Notes: generated by a model not told the origin, from the sequence alone. A stretch of 64,000 nt of DNA from Gemmatimonadota bacterium (GCA_039592335.1 JBDHBX010000001.1:69294-133293), one strand, 5' to 3'; counted from the first letter of the stretch, positions 29,957 through 43,178 are shown. Numbers and translations: made by a program.

Positions 29957-30526
29957 CTAGCCTTTCCCCATCTTCTTCTTGAGCTCTTCGAGTTGCTCGT
30001 CGGCCTTCGCCTCACGGGCCGCCCGCTCCATCGCGCGGCGCAACCGCTCGCCCTCGACGTCGGTCTCGGGCCGCGAGATCCCGGCCGCCTCCAGGTCACG
30101 CCACGCCGACTCCACCTTGCGTGCCGCCTCGGTCTCCGGCCGTTTGCGCTCCTGCTCCACCAGCTGCGCCTTCATCTCCCCGTATTCCCGCTCCGCCAGC
30201 GCCAGCTCGGCCTGCTGTGCCTCGAGCTTGTCCTCCAGAACGGCGACGCGCTCGCGGTGCTTCGCGGCGAAGCGCTCCGCCACCTCGGCGGTCTGCTCAT
30301 CCTGAATGCCGACAGCCAGCCGCCCGCGGCGCTCGGCGTCGGCCAGCTCCTGGCGCTCGTAGTTGAGGCGGCCCTCAGAGGTCACCACGCCCTCGCGCAT
30401 CTTCTCGATGGAGGTGCGCGCCTCGATGACGGCCTCGCGCATCATGCCGGTCACGTCGCGCAGGTCGGTATCCGGCGTCGCCGCGTCGAGCGCGGCGTTG
30501 ATGGCAGCCCGCAGGCGTTCGAACAC
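29957..30526 (-). CDS. PspA/IM30-family coiled-coil protein
   Basis: GTG at 30526. FERLRAAINAALDAA compares with E. coli PspA FSRFADIVNANINALLEKA. Heptad-rich, 189 aa. Confidence 0.6.
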   Translation of the reverse strand: MFERLRAAINAALDAATPDTDLRDVTGMMREAVIEARTSIEKMREGVVTSEGRLNYERQELADAERRGRLAVGIQDEQTAEVAERFAAKHRERVAVLEDKLEAQQAELALAEREYGEMKAQLVEQERKRPETEAARKVESAWRDLEAAGISRPETDVEGERLRRAMERAAREAKADEQLEELKKKMGKG

Positions 30527-30690
30527 TAGCTCTTCTTGGCGGTCTTCACGTAGAACGAGGAGAACATCTGGGTGACCTTCGTCGACTCGCATTCGGGACA
30601 GGTGAGCCGCTTCCGGCCGTGCTGGGAGATGGACTCCACCCGAGAGAACCGCTCACCGCACTCGTCACACCGATACTCGTAGATCGGCAT
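30526..30690 (-). CDS. FmdB-family zinc-ribbon protein (54 aa), not in the ORF track
   Basis: My own translation: GAGGAG-N6-ATG, MPIYEYRCDECGERFSRVESISQHGRKRLTCPECESTKVTQMFSSFYVKTAKKS*. It has the CxxC...CxxC pattern. The TAG stop overlaps the GTG of the PspA-like gene (TAGTG). Confidence 0.8.
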   Translation of the reverse strand: MPIYEYRCDECGERFSRVESISQHGRKRLTCPECESTKVTQMFSSFYVKTAKKS

Positions 30691-30811
30691 ACTCCACTCC
30701 TCTGTCTAGTGAGAAATCGAGTACCCATCCAAAACGATAGACCGCGGTTCACAGGTGGTCAAGCGAGCTGTGAGGTGGCCGGCGGGTCCCGCGACCCGTA
30801 GGTTTCATGTC

Positions 30812-31306
30812 ATGAAACGCACCACACCAGTCGCGTTGCTTACGGCGCTCGGCGTCGCCTGCAGCGCACAGAGCTCGGAGAATTCCGCCTCGTGCGGCTT
30901 TGCCGCCATGGCCGGGGCCACCATGCTGCTTGAGCAGCTCCGCGGTGGTGGACGGTTCATCGACACCGCGCCGGAGGAATTCCTGGGAACGGTCCCGGCC
31001 CGGGTGGTCGGGTACGGCACCACCGGCGCGCTCGTGGCGTACGGTCCCGACGGCGCCATGGTGGCTTACGAAGGCCCCGGGTTCCCCACCCTACCGGGGT
31101 GGGGCCTGCTCCTCGTGGAGGACTCTCTCGACACGTTCAAGGGCGTGCTGATCTATGAGACGGAGCCTCCCATGGGTGCTCCGCTGCTGGGGGGAGTCGT
31201 GAGCGAGAACTACACCATCCCGCTCTACGGGGCCCGGGTGACCTGGAGCGCCGTCAGCAGCGAGCGCTGCCCCATGTTCGCAGCGGTCGACACGACCGCG
31301 TCGTAG
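30812..31306 (+). CDS. Putative lipoprotein, unknown function
   Basis: ATG at 30812. MKRTTPVALLTALGVACSAQ is a signal peptide with a Cys lipobox-like site. Confidence 0.55.
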   Translation: MKRTTPVALLTALGVACSAQSSENSASCGFAAMAGATMLLEQLRGGGRFIDTAPEEFLGTVPARVVGYGTTGALVAYGPDGAMVAYEGPGFPTLPGWGLLLVEDSLDTFKGVLIYETEPPMGAPLLGGVVSENYTIPLYGARVTWSAVSSERCPMFAAVDTTAS

Positions 31307-31307
31307 G

Positions 31308-31325
31308 CCCGCCGGCCCCGGCGGG
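31308..31325. terminator. Short GC hairpin between convergent genes
   Basis: CCCGCCGG-CC-CCGGCGGG palindrome immediately after the 31306 stop. Confidence 0.3.
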
Positions 31326-31351
31326 AGCCACCGCGTCGCCGGCACGCCGGG

Positions 31352-32074
31352 CTAGTGCAGGTGAAACTCGTCCGCGACCTGTCGCATGAGCCGTCCCGGC
31401 GTCGAGACGCTGGGAAAGAGCATCCGGTCGGAGAGGCGGTTCAACGCGATCCGAATGGGTCGGAACGACGACGACGCCTCCTGATAGAGGTCGGCCATGT
31501 CGAGCTCATGGGCGAGGCGGTGCCCCGAGGCGAGGCGAAAGCCCTGCGCTCCCAGCTCATCATAGTACCGCAGGCCCGGCCCGCCGCGACGCTCCTTGCG
31601 AGCCGTGATGTGATCGGGGTAGAGCCCGGCGAGCCACAGGCTCAGGTTGCCGAGGTGCGCGCGCAACAGGAATCCGCGACGGCCCGACGCCGACGCGGCC
31701 TGCGCCACGATGTCGGTGAGGTAGCGGTAGATTTCGTCATCGGACCGGCTGATCCGGTAGGCCCGGTCACGCAGGCCGAACTCCAGCACCAGGGCGCCGA
31801 GGTAGTCGCTCAGCCGCGCGCTCTCGATCCCCACCCCGCACAGGGCGTGTCGTACCACGACGTAGACGAACAGCGCTGGCGACGGCTGCCCCAGCCGCGG
31901 CGCGGCTCGCAGCAGCTCCGGCAGGTCGGGGGCGTCGAGCAACGCGTCCAATCCGCGCTCCTCCGCCACCCGCGCGAGCTCTCCCTTGTGCGCAACGTCA
32001 CCGCGAGACAGCAGCTCAATCACCAGTTCTACGTCGGTCAGGGTAAACTGCTCACGTACGTTGGCGAGGATCAT
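31352..32074 (-). CDS. Hypothetical protein (240 aa)
   Basis: AGGAGG-N6-ATG at 32074. Codon usage is coding-like. I recognise no motif. Confidence 0.55.
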   Translation of the reverse strand: MILANVREQFTLTDVELVIELLSRGDVAHKGELARVAEERGLDALLDAPDLPELLRAAPRLGQPSPALFVYVVVRHALCGVGIESARLSDYLGALVLEFGLRDRAYRISRSDDEIYRYLTDIVAQAASASGRRGFLLRAHLGNLSLWLAGLYPDHITARKERRGGPGLRYYDELGAQGFRLASGHRLAHELDMADLYQEASSSFRPIRIALNRLSDRMLFPSVSTPGRLMRQVADEFHLH

Positions 32075-32102
32075 GTCGCAACCTCCTGTCTCAGATAGCG
32101 CA

Positions 32103-34019
32103 ATGACAGCCGTCGTGAGTTCCCGTACGCTCAAGGCGCTCACCACCCTGGGGCAGCACCTCGCCGGAACCCACGAGCCGACCTCCGCCGTGGAGTTGTT
32201 CGCCCGCTCGCTGCGGACGATGCTGCGACCCGACGGACTCCTCATCGTCCTCACGGATATCGACACCCACGAATCGCGGGTGGCCTACAACCATCAATAT
32301 GCAAACCCCCGGCCCGATGATCCGCTCGTGCACCTCATCAGCACTGAGGGTCCGCGAGTGCTACCCCACGTGACGCGACGCGCGCTCGAAGCGCTGGGCA
32401 TCTCCGTAGACTATTCCGTGCGTTCGTGGGTGGGCGCGCCCATCATCGCAGTAGGTCGCTCGATCGGCGCTGTCTCGGCGGTCGCCGATGCCCCGGGCCA
32501 GTTCGGGGAGGGACACGTCGACCTGCTGAGCACGGCCAACGCACAGCTCGGCATGGCGCTGGAGAACGCGCGCCTCGTGAAGCTGCTCGCGGGCGGCAAG
32601 GGTGAATGGGAGCAGACGGTGGACGCCATCGGCCAGGCGTTCTGCGTGGTTGACGGCGGCGGCGCCATCCGCCGCGCCAACCGCGCATTCAGCGTGATCG
32701 CGCACATCCCCGTCACGGCCGTGGCGGGGCGCCCGTGGATCTCCGTGCTCCCGGAGGATTGGGCCGACCCGGTCTCCCGCGCGCTCGCGTCCGCCGGCAA
32801 CCACAGCCAGCACGAGATCAAGTCGGGGCCGCGGGTGTTCACCGTCTCGGCCCTTCCCCTCGGCGAGCCCAAGGGTACGGCGGTGCTCGTGTTCGAGGAC
32901 CAAACCGACAAGCGCCGGCTTCAGGATCAGCTGATCCAGTCGGAGAAGATGTCTGCCATCGGCCAGCTCATTGCCGGGGTAGCGCACGACCTCAACAACC
33001 CGCTGGCATCGGTCGTGGGGTTCGCGGACTACCTGGTGGAGGAGGGGGACCCGCCGGAGAGCATGCGCCACGCCCTGGAGGCGATCCGGCACGAGGCGGA
33101 GCGGGCCGCGGCAATCGTGCGTAGCCTGCTCAACTTCGCCCGCAAGCAGGAGGGCAAGCGACGCGCGCAGCCGATCGCACCGATCTTGGAGGCGACCCTC
33201 ACCCTGCTGCGAAACCAGCTGATGGCGTCGAGGGTCGAGACGGAGCTCCTGGTGGATCCCGACCTCCCCGACGTGGACGTGGACGCCAACCAGATCCAGC
33301 AGGTCTTCGTGAACCTGATCCACAACGCGGCGCAGACCCTGAAGACCTCGGGCGTAGGTGAACGGGCAGTGATCCACGCGAGCGAGTGGCTGGACGGGGT
33401 GGCCGTGACGGTGGCCGACGACGGGCCCGGCGTTCCACAGGAGATCGCGAACCGCATCTTCGAGCCGTTCTTCACCACCAAGCCCGAGGGCGAGGGCACC
33501 GGGCTGGGTCTCTCCATCTGCCAGGGCATCATCCGTGAGCACGGCGGCCGCATCACGTATGCGCCCGGCCCCGAGGGCGGCGCCATCTTCCGGGTGGAGC
33601 TCCCCGCCGGGGTGCCGGCCCACATCACGCAGGAGACGGCGATCCCCGAGATGGGCGAGCTGCGCGTGTTGGTCGTGGACGACGAGCCGCACATCCTCCA
33701 CTACATGCGAGCCACGCTCGAGGCCTGGGGCCACCGGGTGGAGGTCGCCTCGGACGGCGCCGCGGGCCTGGCGCTCGCCACCAGCCGGCCGCTCGACGTG
33801 GTGATCACCGATCTGCGCATGCCCGACCCGGGCGGCCGCGAGCTGTTCGAGACCCTGCGGCGCGACCATCCGGAGGTCGCGGAGCGGGTCGTGTTCGCGA
33901 CGGGTGACACGGTGGGCGGGGACACGCTGGCGTTCCTGGAGGGCTCCGGGCGCCCCTATCTGCGCAAACCCTTCACGCTCGCCGAGCTGCGACGGGTGCT
34001 GGCCAAAGCCGCGGGCTGA
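32103..34019 (+). CDS. Hybrid sensor histidine kinase (GAF-PAS-HisKA-HATPase-REC)
   Basis: H-box SAIGQLIAGVAHDLNNPLASV. N/G boxes DDGPGVP and GTGLGLSICQGII. Receiver LRVLVVDDEPHIL...VVITDLRMPDPGG...LRKPF. The start is either ATG 32103 or ATG 32073. Confidence 0.85.
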   Translation: MTAVVSSRTLKALTTLGQHLAGTHEPTSAVELFARSLRTMLRPDGLLIVLTDIDTHESRVAYNHQYANPRPDDPLVHLISTEGPRVLPHVTRRALEALGISVDYSVRSWVGAPIIAVGRSIGAVSAVADAPGQFGEGHVDLLSTANAQLGMALENARLVKLLAGGKGEWEQTVDAIGQAFCVVDGGGAIRRANRAFSVIAHIPVTAVAGRPWISVLPEDWADPVSRALASAGNHSQHEIKSGPRVFTVSALPLGEPKGTAVLVFEDQTDKRRLQDQLIQSEKMSAIGQLIAGVAHDLNNPLASVVGFADYLVEEGDPPESMRHALEAIRHEAERAAAIVRSLLNFARKQEGKRRAQPIAPILEATLTLLRNQLMASRVETELLVDPDLPDVDVDANQIQQVFVNLIHNAAQTLKTSGVGERAVIHASEWLDGVAVTVADDGPGVPQEIANRIFEPFFTTKPEGEGTGLGLSICQGIIREHGGRITYAPGPEGGAIFRVELPAGVPAHITQETAIPEMGELRVLVVDDEPHILHYMRATLEAWGHRVEVASDGAAGLALATSRPLDVVITDLRMPDPGGRELFETLRRDHPEVAERVVFATGDTVGGDTLAFLEGSGRPYLRKPFTLAELRRVLAKAAG

Positions 34020-34121
34020 GTCCCCGGGGTTCACCACCCCTTCTTCCTGGCTAGATTCCTACCCCGAACTTCTGGGCAGCAGGCGAGTACTGTCCGGTAG
34101 CGAGCGGAGGAGCCGGGATCG

Positions 34122-34871
34122 ATGATCTACGTCTGTGTCGCCACGCAAGACCACGCCTCGACGGCGGGGCTGCTGCTGTGGAAGCTGCGGAAGGTGTTCC
34201 AGGAGTTCCCCCGGGAGTACCACATCCTGGTGGTGGACGACGCGTCGACCGACGGGACGGCCGAGCTGCTCGAGACCTACCAGCGCGCACTGCCCATGAC
34301 GCTCGCGCGGCACCAGCAGCGGACGGGCTACGCGGCGACCCTGGAGCGCCTGGCGCGCGACGCCCTACGTCGCAGCGACCGCCCCAAACGCGATTGCATG
34401 GTGACGCTGCCGGCCGATTTCGCCGTCACGCCCGCCGTGCTCCCGGAGCTGCTCAAGCGGTTCGAGTCCGGTGCGGACGTCGTCGTGGGGGAGATGTCGC
34501 CCGGCCGCGAGTCCCTGGGCACGCGGCTGGTGCGGCGGTGCGCCCCCTGGCTGCTCAAGCCGGGACTTTCCCTGCCGGGGGTGCGTGACGTCACGTCCGG
34601 CGTGAGCGTCATTCGCCTCATCACCCTCAAGGGCTGCGTGCGCGACCGGCCCGAGCGCTTCCTCGAGAGCGACGGATCCTGCGCGCACGCCGAGCTGGTG
34701 GCGCGCACCGCCGCCCGAGCACGACAGATCGCTGCGCTACCGCTCGAGGAGCGGGCTCCCTCGGTGCCGGATCAGCGCCGGGAGAGCGCGCTCGGCCAGG
34801 TGCTCAGCTACTTCCGCGCCGGCCGGCAGCTTCGCATTCCGGCGCCCACCGTCACGATCGAGCGCAGCTGA
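34122..34871 (+). CDS. Family 2 glycosyltransferase
   Basis: ILVVDDASTDGTAELLE is the DxD-type GT2 N-terminal signature. GGAGG RBS. Confidence 0.7.
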   Translation: MIYVCVATQDHASTAGLLLWKLRKVFQEFPREYHILVVDDASTDGTAELLETYQRALPMTLARHQQRTGYAATLERLARDALRRSDRPKRDCMVTLPADFAVTPAVLPELLKRFESGADVVVGEMSPGRESLGTRLVRRCAPWLLKPGLSLPGVRDVTSGVSVIRLITLKGCVRDRPERFLESDGSCAHAELVARTAARARQIAALPLEERAPSVPDQRRESALGQVLSYFRAGRQLRIPAPTVTIERS

Positions 34872-34877
34872 CATACC

Positions 34878-35681
34878 ATGCGACGATTCCCAATCCTGGC
34901 CATGACGATCCTCACCCTGGGCGGTGGCACCTTGAGCGCCCAGGTCCCCGAGGACTCCGCCGCCGCACCTGTGGACTCGGCGACCGCCGACCCGGAGCGC
35001 TTCCCAGTCGGCGAGACGCTGCTTTACGATGCCCGGTTCGGGCTGCTCAACCTGGGACGCGGGATGATGCACGTGGCAGGGATTGACACGATCCGTGGCA
35101 CGGCGGCCGTGCACGTCGTGTTCGTGCTGGAAGGAGGGTCGTTCTTCTACCGCCTCAACGACCGAATGGACTCTTGGTTCGGGCTCGAGGACTTCGCCTC
35201 GCGTCGTTTCATCCAGGACTTCCACGAGGGGAGCTCGGAGCGGTACACGGCCTACGAGATCTTCCCCGACTCCGGCTACTACACGGAGAGCGGGGTGGAC
35301 AGCCTCTTCCCGACCTCCGACGTGCCCCTCGACGACGCCGCGTTCTTCTACTTCGTACGGACGGTCGAGCTGGAGGTCGGTGAGCGCTACGAGTACCACA
35401 ACTACTTCCGGCCGGACCGCAACCCGGTGGTGCTGGAGGTCGTGGGGCGGGACACGCTCGACCTGCCGGCGGGCCGCTTCCCCACCATCGTGGTGCGGCC
35501 CACCATCCAGGGCCGGGGCATCCTAGAGGAGGCCAAGGAGCCGCGCATGTGGCTGACCGACGACGAGCGGCGCCTCATGGTGCAGCTCAAGGTGAAGTTC
35601 GCCTCCATCGCCACCGTGACCCTGCGCCTGCGAGAGATCGCGGATTCCCTGCCGACAGAGCTGGCCGAGCGCAAGCCCTGA
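34878..35681 (+). CDS. Secreted hypothetical protein (DUF3108-like, tentative)
   Basis: Signal MRRFPILAMTILTLGGGTLSAQ. Beta-rich body: LLYDARFGLLNLGRGMMHV. Confidence 0.45.
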   Translation: MRRFPILAMTILTLGGGTLSAQVPEDSAAAPVDSATADPERFPVGETLLYDARFGLLNLGRGMMHVAGIDTIRGTAAVHVVFVLEGGSFFYRLNDRMDSWFGLEDFASRRFIQDFHEGSSERYTAYEIFPDSGYYTESGVDSLFPTSDVPLDDAAFFYFVRTVELEVGERYEYHNYFRPDRNPVVLEVVGRDTLDLPAGRFPTIVVRPTIQGRGILEEAKEPRMWLTDDERRLMVQLKVKFASIATVTLRLREIADSLPTELAERKP

Positions 35682-35704
35682 GCCCCGCAGCCGGCCATGC
35701 AAAA

Positions 35705-35724
35705 CGGGGCCCCATGGGGCCCCG
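35705..35724. terminator. Bidirectional terminator hairpin
   Basis: AAAA-CGGGGCCCC-AT-GGGGCCCCG-CTGTTGT between convergent genes. Confidence 0.5.
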
Positions 35725-35753
35725 CTGTTGTATCTAACACGGGATCTGGCGCG

Positions 35754-35966
35754 CTACTTCGATTCGCCGCGGATGGTCTCCTTCACTCGGCGCGCTGTCT
35801 TCGGGCTGATGATCTTGAGAATCAGGTAGAACACGAACCCCAGCGCCGCAAGCCAGAGCGCCACCCAGAGCAGGCTCCATGCGATGCTCAGGACCCCGAA
35901 CAGCAGCTTGAGCGCGATGATCCCGACCACCGCCAGGACGGAGTAGCCGACGAGCGCGCGTACCAT
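35754..35966 (-). CDS. Small two-TM membrane protein (70 aa)
   Basis: GGAGG-N6-ATG at 35966. MVRALVGYSVLAVVGIIALKLLFGVLSIAWSLLWVALWLAALGFVFYLILKII... The rest of the 465-aa track ORF is antisense to thiO. Confidence 0.55.
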   Translation of the reverse strand: MVRALVGYSVLAVVGIIALKLLFGVLSIAWSLLWVALWLAALGFVFYLILKIISPKTARRVKETIRGESK

Positions 35967-36011
35967 GACTTGCCTCCACGGGTGAAAACGTCCACCGTAC
36001 CCTACGCAGCC

Positions 36012-37133
36012 ATGGCTACACAGGTTTCGCATCCGGATATCCTCATCGTCGGGGGTGGTGTCATCGGCGCCGCCTGCGCGCGGGCGCTGGCCCACCGGGA
36101 CGTTTCCGTCACCGTGGTGGAGGCCGGAGACCGGCCGGGGGCCGCCACCCCGGCGGCGGCAGGCATGCTGGCGCCGTTCGCCGAGGCCGAGGCCGAGGAC
36201 CCGTTGCTGGCGCTGTGTGTCGGGGCCCGGGACCTGTATGGCGACCTCGCCCGGGAGCTGGAGGAGGAGACCGGGGTCGACATCCAGCTCTGGACCGACG
36301 GCATCGTGCAGCTCGCCTTCACCGAGGAAGAGGCGAGCCGCATCAAGAGCGCGATCGCGTGGCAGCGTCAGATCGGCTTCGCCACCGAGTGGCTCTCCCC
36401 GGAAGAGGTGCGGCAGCGGGTGCCCGGCGCCGGCCCCGACATCCTGGGAGCGGCGCTCGCGCCGGAAGACGGCGGGCTCGCGCCTGCCGCGCTGCGGGAC
36501 GCGTGCCTCAAGAGCGCGGAGCTGCGGGGCGCGCGGGTGGTGCGCGGAGAGGTGGTCGAGGAGATCCTGGTCGAGGGCGGCCGCGTGCGCGGGGTGCGCA
36601 CGGCCGACGGCGTGCACTCGGCGGGGGCCGTGGTGCTGGCGGCGGGTTGCTGGTCGGGGCGAATCGCGGGGCTTCCCCGCCCCATCCCCGTCGAGCCGAT
36701 CCGGGGCCAGATGGCCGCGCTCGACTGGCCGCAGGGCGAGCCTCCCGCCATCGTGTACGGCAGCGGTGGCTATGTGCTCGAGCGGGCCGGCGAGGCAATC
36801 GTCGGCTCCACCATGGAGCAGGCGGGCTTCGCCACCGGAACCACGGAGGAGGGCCTGCGGCTGGTCTACCGCTACATGCGCCGCATCTTCCCCGTGCTGG
36901 CCGGCAAGCCGGTCAAGCGCACTTGGGCCGGACTGCGGCCCGTGACGCCCGACAAGCACCCCATCTTGGGACCCGATCCCGACGTCCCCAACCTCTGGTA
37001 TGCCACCGGACACGGGCGCAACGGCATCCTTCTGGCCGGCATGACGGGGGAGATCGTCGCCCAACTCTACGTGGGCGAAGAAGTGGAGCGAGACCTCACG
37101 TCCATGGCCGTCGATCGCTTCGACGCATCCTGA
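36012..37133 (+). CDS. thiO: FAD-dependent glycine oxidase ThiO-like (DAO family)
   Basis: ATG at 36012. Rossmann DILIVGGGVIGAACARAL. C-terminal GHGRNGILLAGMTGE is typical of ThiO/DAO. Confidence 0.65.
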   Translation: MATQVSHPDILIVGGGVIGAACARALAHRDVSVTVVEAGDRPGAATPAAAGMLAPFAEAEAEDPLLALCVGARDLYGDLARELEEETGVDIQLWTDGIVQLAFTEEEASRIKSAIAWQRQIGFATEWLSPEEVRQRVPGAGPDILGAALAPEDGGLAPAALRDACLKSAELRGARVVRGEVVEEILVEGGRVRGVRTADGVHSAGAVVLAAGCWSGRIAGLPRPIPVEPIRGQMAALDWPQGEPPAIVYGSGGYVLERAGEAIVGSTMEQAGFATGTTEEGLRLVYRYMRRIFPVLAGKPVKRTWAGLRPVTPDKHPILGPDPDVPNLWYATGHGRNGILLAGMTGEIVAQLYVGEEVERDLTSMAVDRFDAS

Positions 37134-37224
37134 CCGCGGAACGCCCCACACACTCCCGAGTGTTCAACTAAGTGGTTGAGCGCCGCTGGTTTCCCCTACC
37201 CGGCCACGCTATGTTTCGCCGCCT

Positions 37225-38133
<909 letters not shown>

Positions 38134-38154
38134 CCTGCGCCAAGAGAGCCTTCC

Positions 38155-39153
38155 GTGGCCCAACCCCACCAACTCACGCCCCTCGACGCAGACCGTGCCG
38201 ACTTCTATCGGCACCTGCTGCGCCAGATGCTGCATGCGCGCCGCTTCGAGGAGAAGGCAGGAGAGGCGTACGCGCAGGGGAAGGTCGGCGGGTTCTGCCA
38301 CCTCTACATCGGGCAGGAGGCGGTGGCGGTCGGCGCGCTCGCTGCCGTGCGAGACGACGACTACGTGTTCGCGAGCTACCGCGAGCACGCGCACATCCTG
38401 CTCCGCGGCACCAGCCCGCGTGCGGTGATGGCGGAGCTGTTCGGCAAACGCACCGGCTGCTCCGCGGGCAAGGGCGGCTCCATGCACCTGTTTGACGTGG
38501 AGCGCAACTTTCTCGGCGGGCACGGCATCGTGGGCGCACACCTGCCGCTGGCGGCAGGCGCCGCCTTCGCCGCCAAGTACCGCGGCACCGACCAGATCGC
38601 CATCTGCTTCTTCGGCGAGGCGGCGGTCAACATCGGCGCGTTCCACGAAACGCTCAACATGGCGGCGTTGTGGGAGCTCCCCGTGGTGTTCGTAGTGGAG
38701 AACAACCGCTACGGGATGGGCACCGCGCTCGAGCGCGCCGCGGCAGTGTGGGACGTGTATCGCCGGGCTTGCTCCTACGACATGGCGGAAGAGATCGCCG
38801 ACGGGATGGACGTGCTCGCCGTGCACGAGACGGCCAAGCGGGCCGTGGAGCGAGCCCGCGAGGAGCAGGCGCCCACGCTCATCGAGGCACGCACGTACCG
38901 CTACATGGGCCACTCCATGGCCGACCCGATTCACGGACACTACCGCACGAAGGAAGAGCTGGAGAAGCAGAAGCAGAAGGATCCAATCGAGCAACTCAAG
39001 GAACGCCTCCTGGGCGATGGCCTGCTGGACGCGGACGAGTTCAAGCAGATGAACGGGGAGATCCGCGACGAGATGGAGGATGCCTTCACCTTCGCCGACG
39101 AGAGCCCCGACCCCACTCCCGAGGATCTGTACTCCGACGTGCACGTGGAGTGA
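38155..39153 (+). CDS. pdhA: Pyruvate (2-oxoacid) dehydrogenase E1 alpha subunit
   Basis: TPP motif GEAAVNIGAFHETLNMAALWELPVVFVVENNRYGMGT. YRYMGHSMAD. Confidence 0.9.
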   Translation: MAQPHQLTPLDADRADFYRHLLRQMLHARRFEEKAGEAYAQGKVGGFCHLYIGQEAVAVGALAAVRDDDYVFASYREHAHILLRGTSPRAVMAELFGKRTGCSAGKGGSMHLFDVERNFLGGHGIVGAHLPLAAGAAFAAKYRGTDQIAICFFGEAAVNIGAFHETLNMAALWELPVVFVVENNRYGMGTALERAAAVWDVYRRACSYDMAEEIADGMDVLAVHETAKRAVERAREEQAPTLIEARTYRYMGHSMADPIHGHYRTKEELEKQKQKDPIEQLKERLLGDGLLDADEFKQMNGEIRDEMEDAFTFADESPDPTPEDLYSDVHVE

Positions 39154-39154
39154 G

Positions 39155-40133
<979 letters not shown>

Positions 40134-40144
<11 letters not shown>

Positions 40145-41375
40145 AGTCTTCATGGAAGCGCTCTCCCCCACCATGGAGGAGGGGAAGCTGCTGTCCTGGC
40201 ACAAGCAGGAAGGCGACCGCGTCACCGACGGGGACGTGCTCGCGGAGGTAGAGACCGACAAGGCGGTGATGGAACTGCAGGCCCGAGGCGCCGGGGTGCT
40301 GCGCAAGATCTTCGCGAGCGCGGGCGCGACCATCGAGGTCGGCAACATCGTTGCCGTCATCGCCGAGCCGGACGAGGACATCGACGCGCTCCTCGCGGGC
40401 GCAGGTGACACGAAGAAAGCCCCCGCCGCCAAGCAGGAGGCTGCAGCGCCCGCTGCGCCTGCTCCAACTTCCGCTACCGCGGCGCCCGCGACTTCCACAC
40501 CCGCTCCTGCCGCGCCCCAACCCACTGGCCGGGTGAAGGCGTCGCCGCTGGCGCGCAGGCTGGCGCACGAGCGCGGCCTCGACCTGCGCCGTCTCCAGGG
40601 CTCGGGTCCCGGCGGACGCATCGTGAAGCGCGACGTCGAGGGCGCCCCCGCTGCCGCGCCAGCGACAATCGGCATGCCGCTGCCGGCAGGAGGCTACGAG
40701 GACGTCGAGCTCAGCCAGATGCGGAAGACCATCGCACGCCGCCTCGTCGAGTCCATCGGGCCCGTGCCCCACTTCTTCCTCACCACCGAAGTGGACATGG
40801 ACCAGGCGGCGGAGGCCCGGGAGGCGCTCAATGCGCTGGACGCCGGCCCCCGCATCTCGTACAACGACATCATCCTCAAGGTCGTGGCCGCGGCGCTGCG
40901 CCAGCATCGCGAGTGCAACGCCTGGTGGCTGGGGGACGGCAAGATCCGCTTCTTCAACGAGGTGCACCTCTCGATGGCCGTCGCCGTCGACGACGGGCTG
41001 ATCACTCCGGTGATCCGCAACGCACACCTCAAGTCGCTGCGGGAGATCGCGGTGGAGTCGCGCGAGCTGGCACAACACGCCCGCGAGCGGAAGCTGACGC
41101 CCGAGGAATACACCGGCGGGACCTTTTCCCTCTCCAACCTCGGCATGTTCGAGATCGACCAATTCACCGGGGTGATCAACCCGCCCGAAGCGGGGCTCAT
41201 CGCGGTAGGCAGCATCACCGAGCAGCCGGTGGTGGAGGACGGCGAGCTCCTGGTGCAGAAACGGATGCGCCTCACGATGAGCTGCGACCACCGCGTGATC
41301 GACGGCGCCACCGGCGCCAAGTTCCTGCAGACCGTGAAGCGAATGCTGGAGAACCCGCTGGCGATCGTGTATTGA
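40134..41375 (+). CDS. pdhC: Dihydrolipoamide acetyltransferase E2
   Basis: Lipoyl domain VETDKAVMEL. Ala/Pro linker. PSBD SPLARRLAHERGLDL. Catalytic DHRVIDGA. Confidence 0.9.
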
Positions 41376-41403
41376 CCGACATCCTCCTGCGAGGAATCGA
41401 CTC

Positions 41404-42797
<1,394 letters not shown>

Positions 42798-42801
<4 letters not shown>

Positions 42802-43178
42802 CCCACGGCACCAGCGACCCTGTCGGAACGGCCCTGGCCAGCATCGGCGTCGGTGCAAGCACCGGCGCCGCGTGCATTACAGTGGGGTTGATCGTGTTCC
42901 GTACGGCCGGTCCCGCCGAGGCGATCATCCCGACGGGCCTATTCGCGGGCATCGTGGTCGCTGTGGCCACCGCGTGGGTGCTGTCGCGCCCCATCGCGGA
43001 CTACTTCCGCCGCGGAGTCGCCGCCGCGATCGGCGCGTTCGCCGCCCTGCTGCTCGCAGGGCTCGCCGTCCCGGCCGACATGGTGGCGGGTGTGTTCGGG
43101 CTCTCCCTCTACCTCACGCTGCTGGTCGCGCTCTGCGTATGGGCGTGGCTCAAGGTGCGGATGGCGGGCGGCGCATGA
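42798..43178 (+). CDS. Small integral membrane protein (126 aa, about 4 TM)
   Basis: GTG at 42798 overlaps the lpdA stop (GTGA), and its own stop overlaps the lipB ATG (ATGA). Hydrophobic Ala/Gly/Val-rich segments. Confidence 0.5.
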
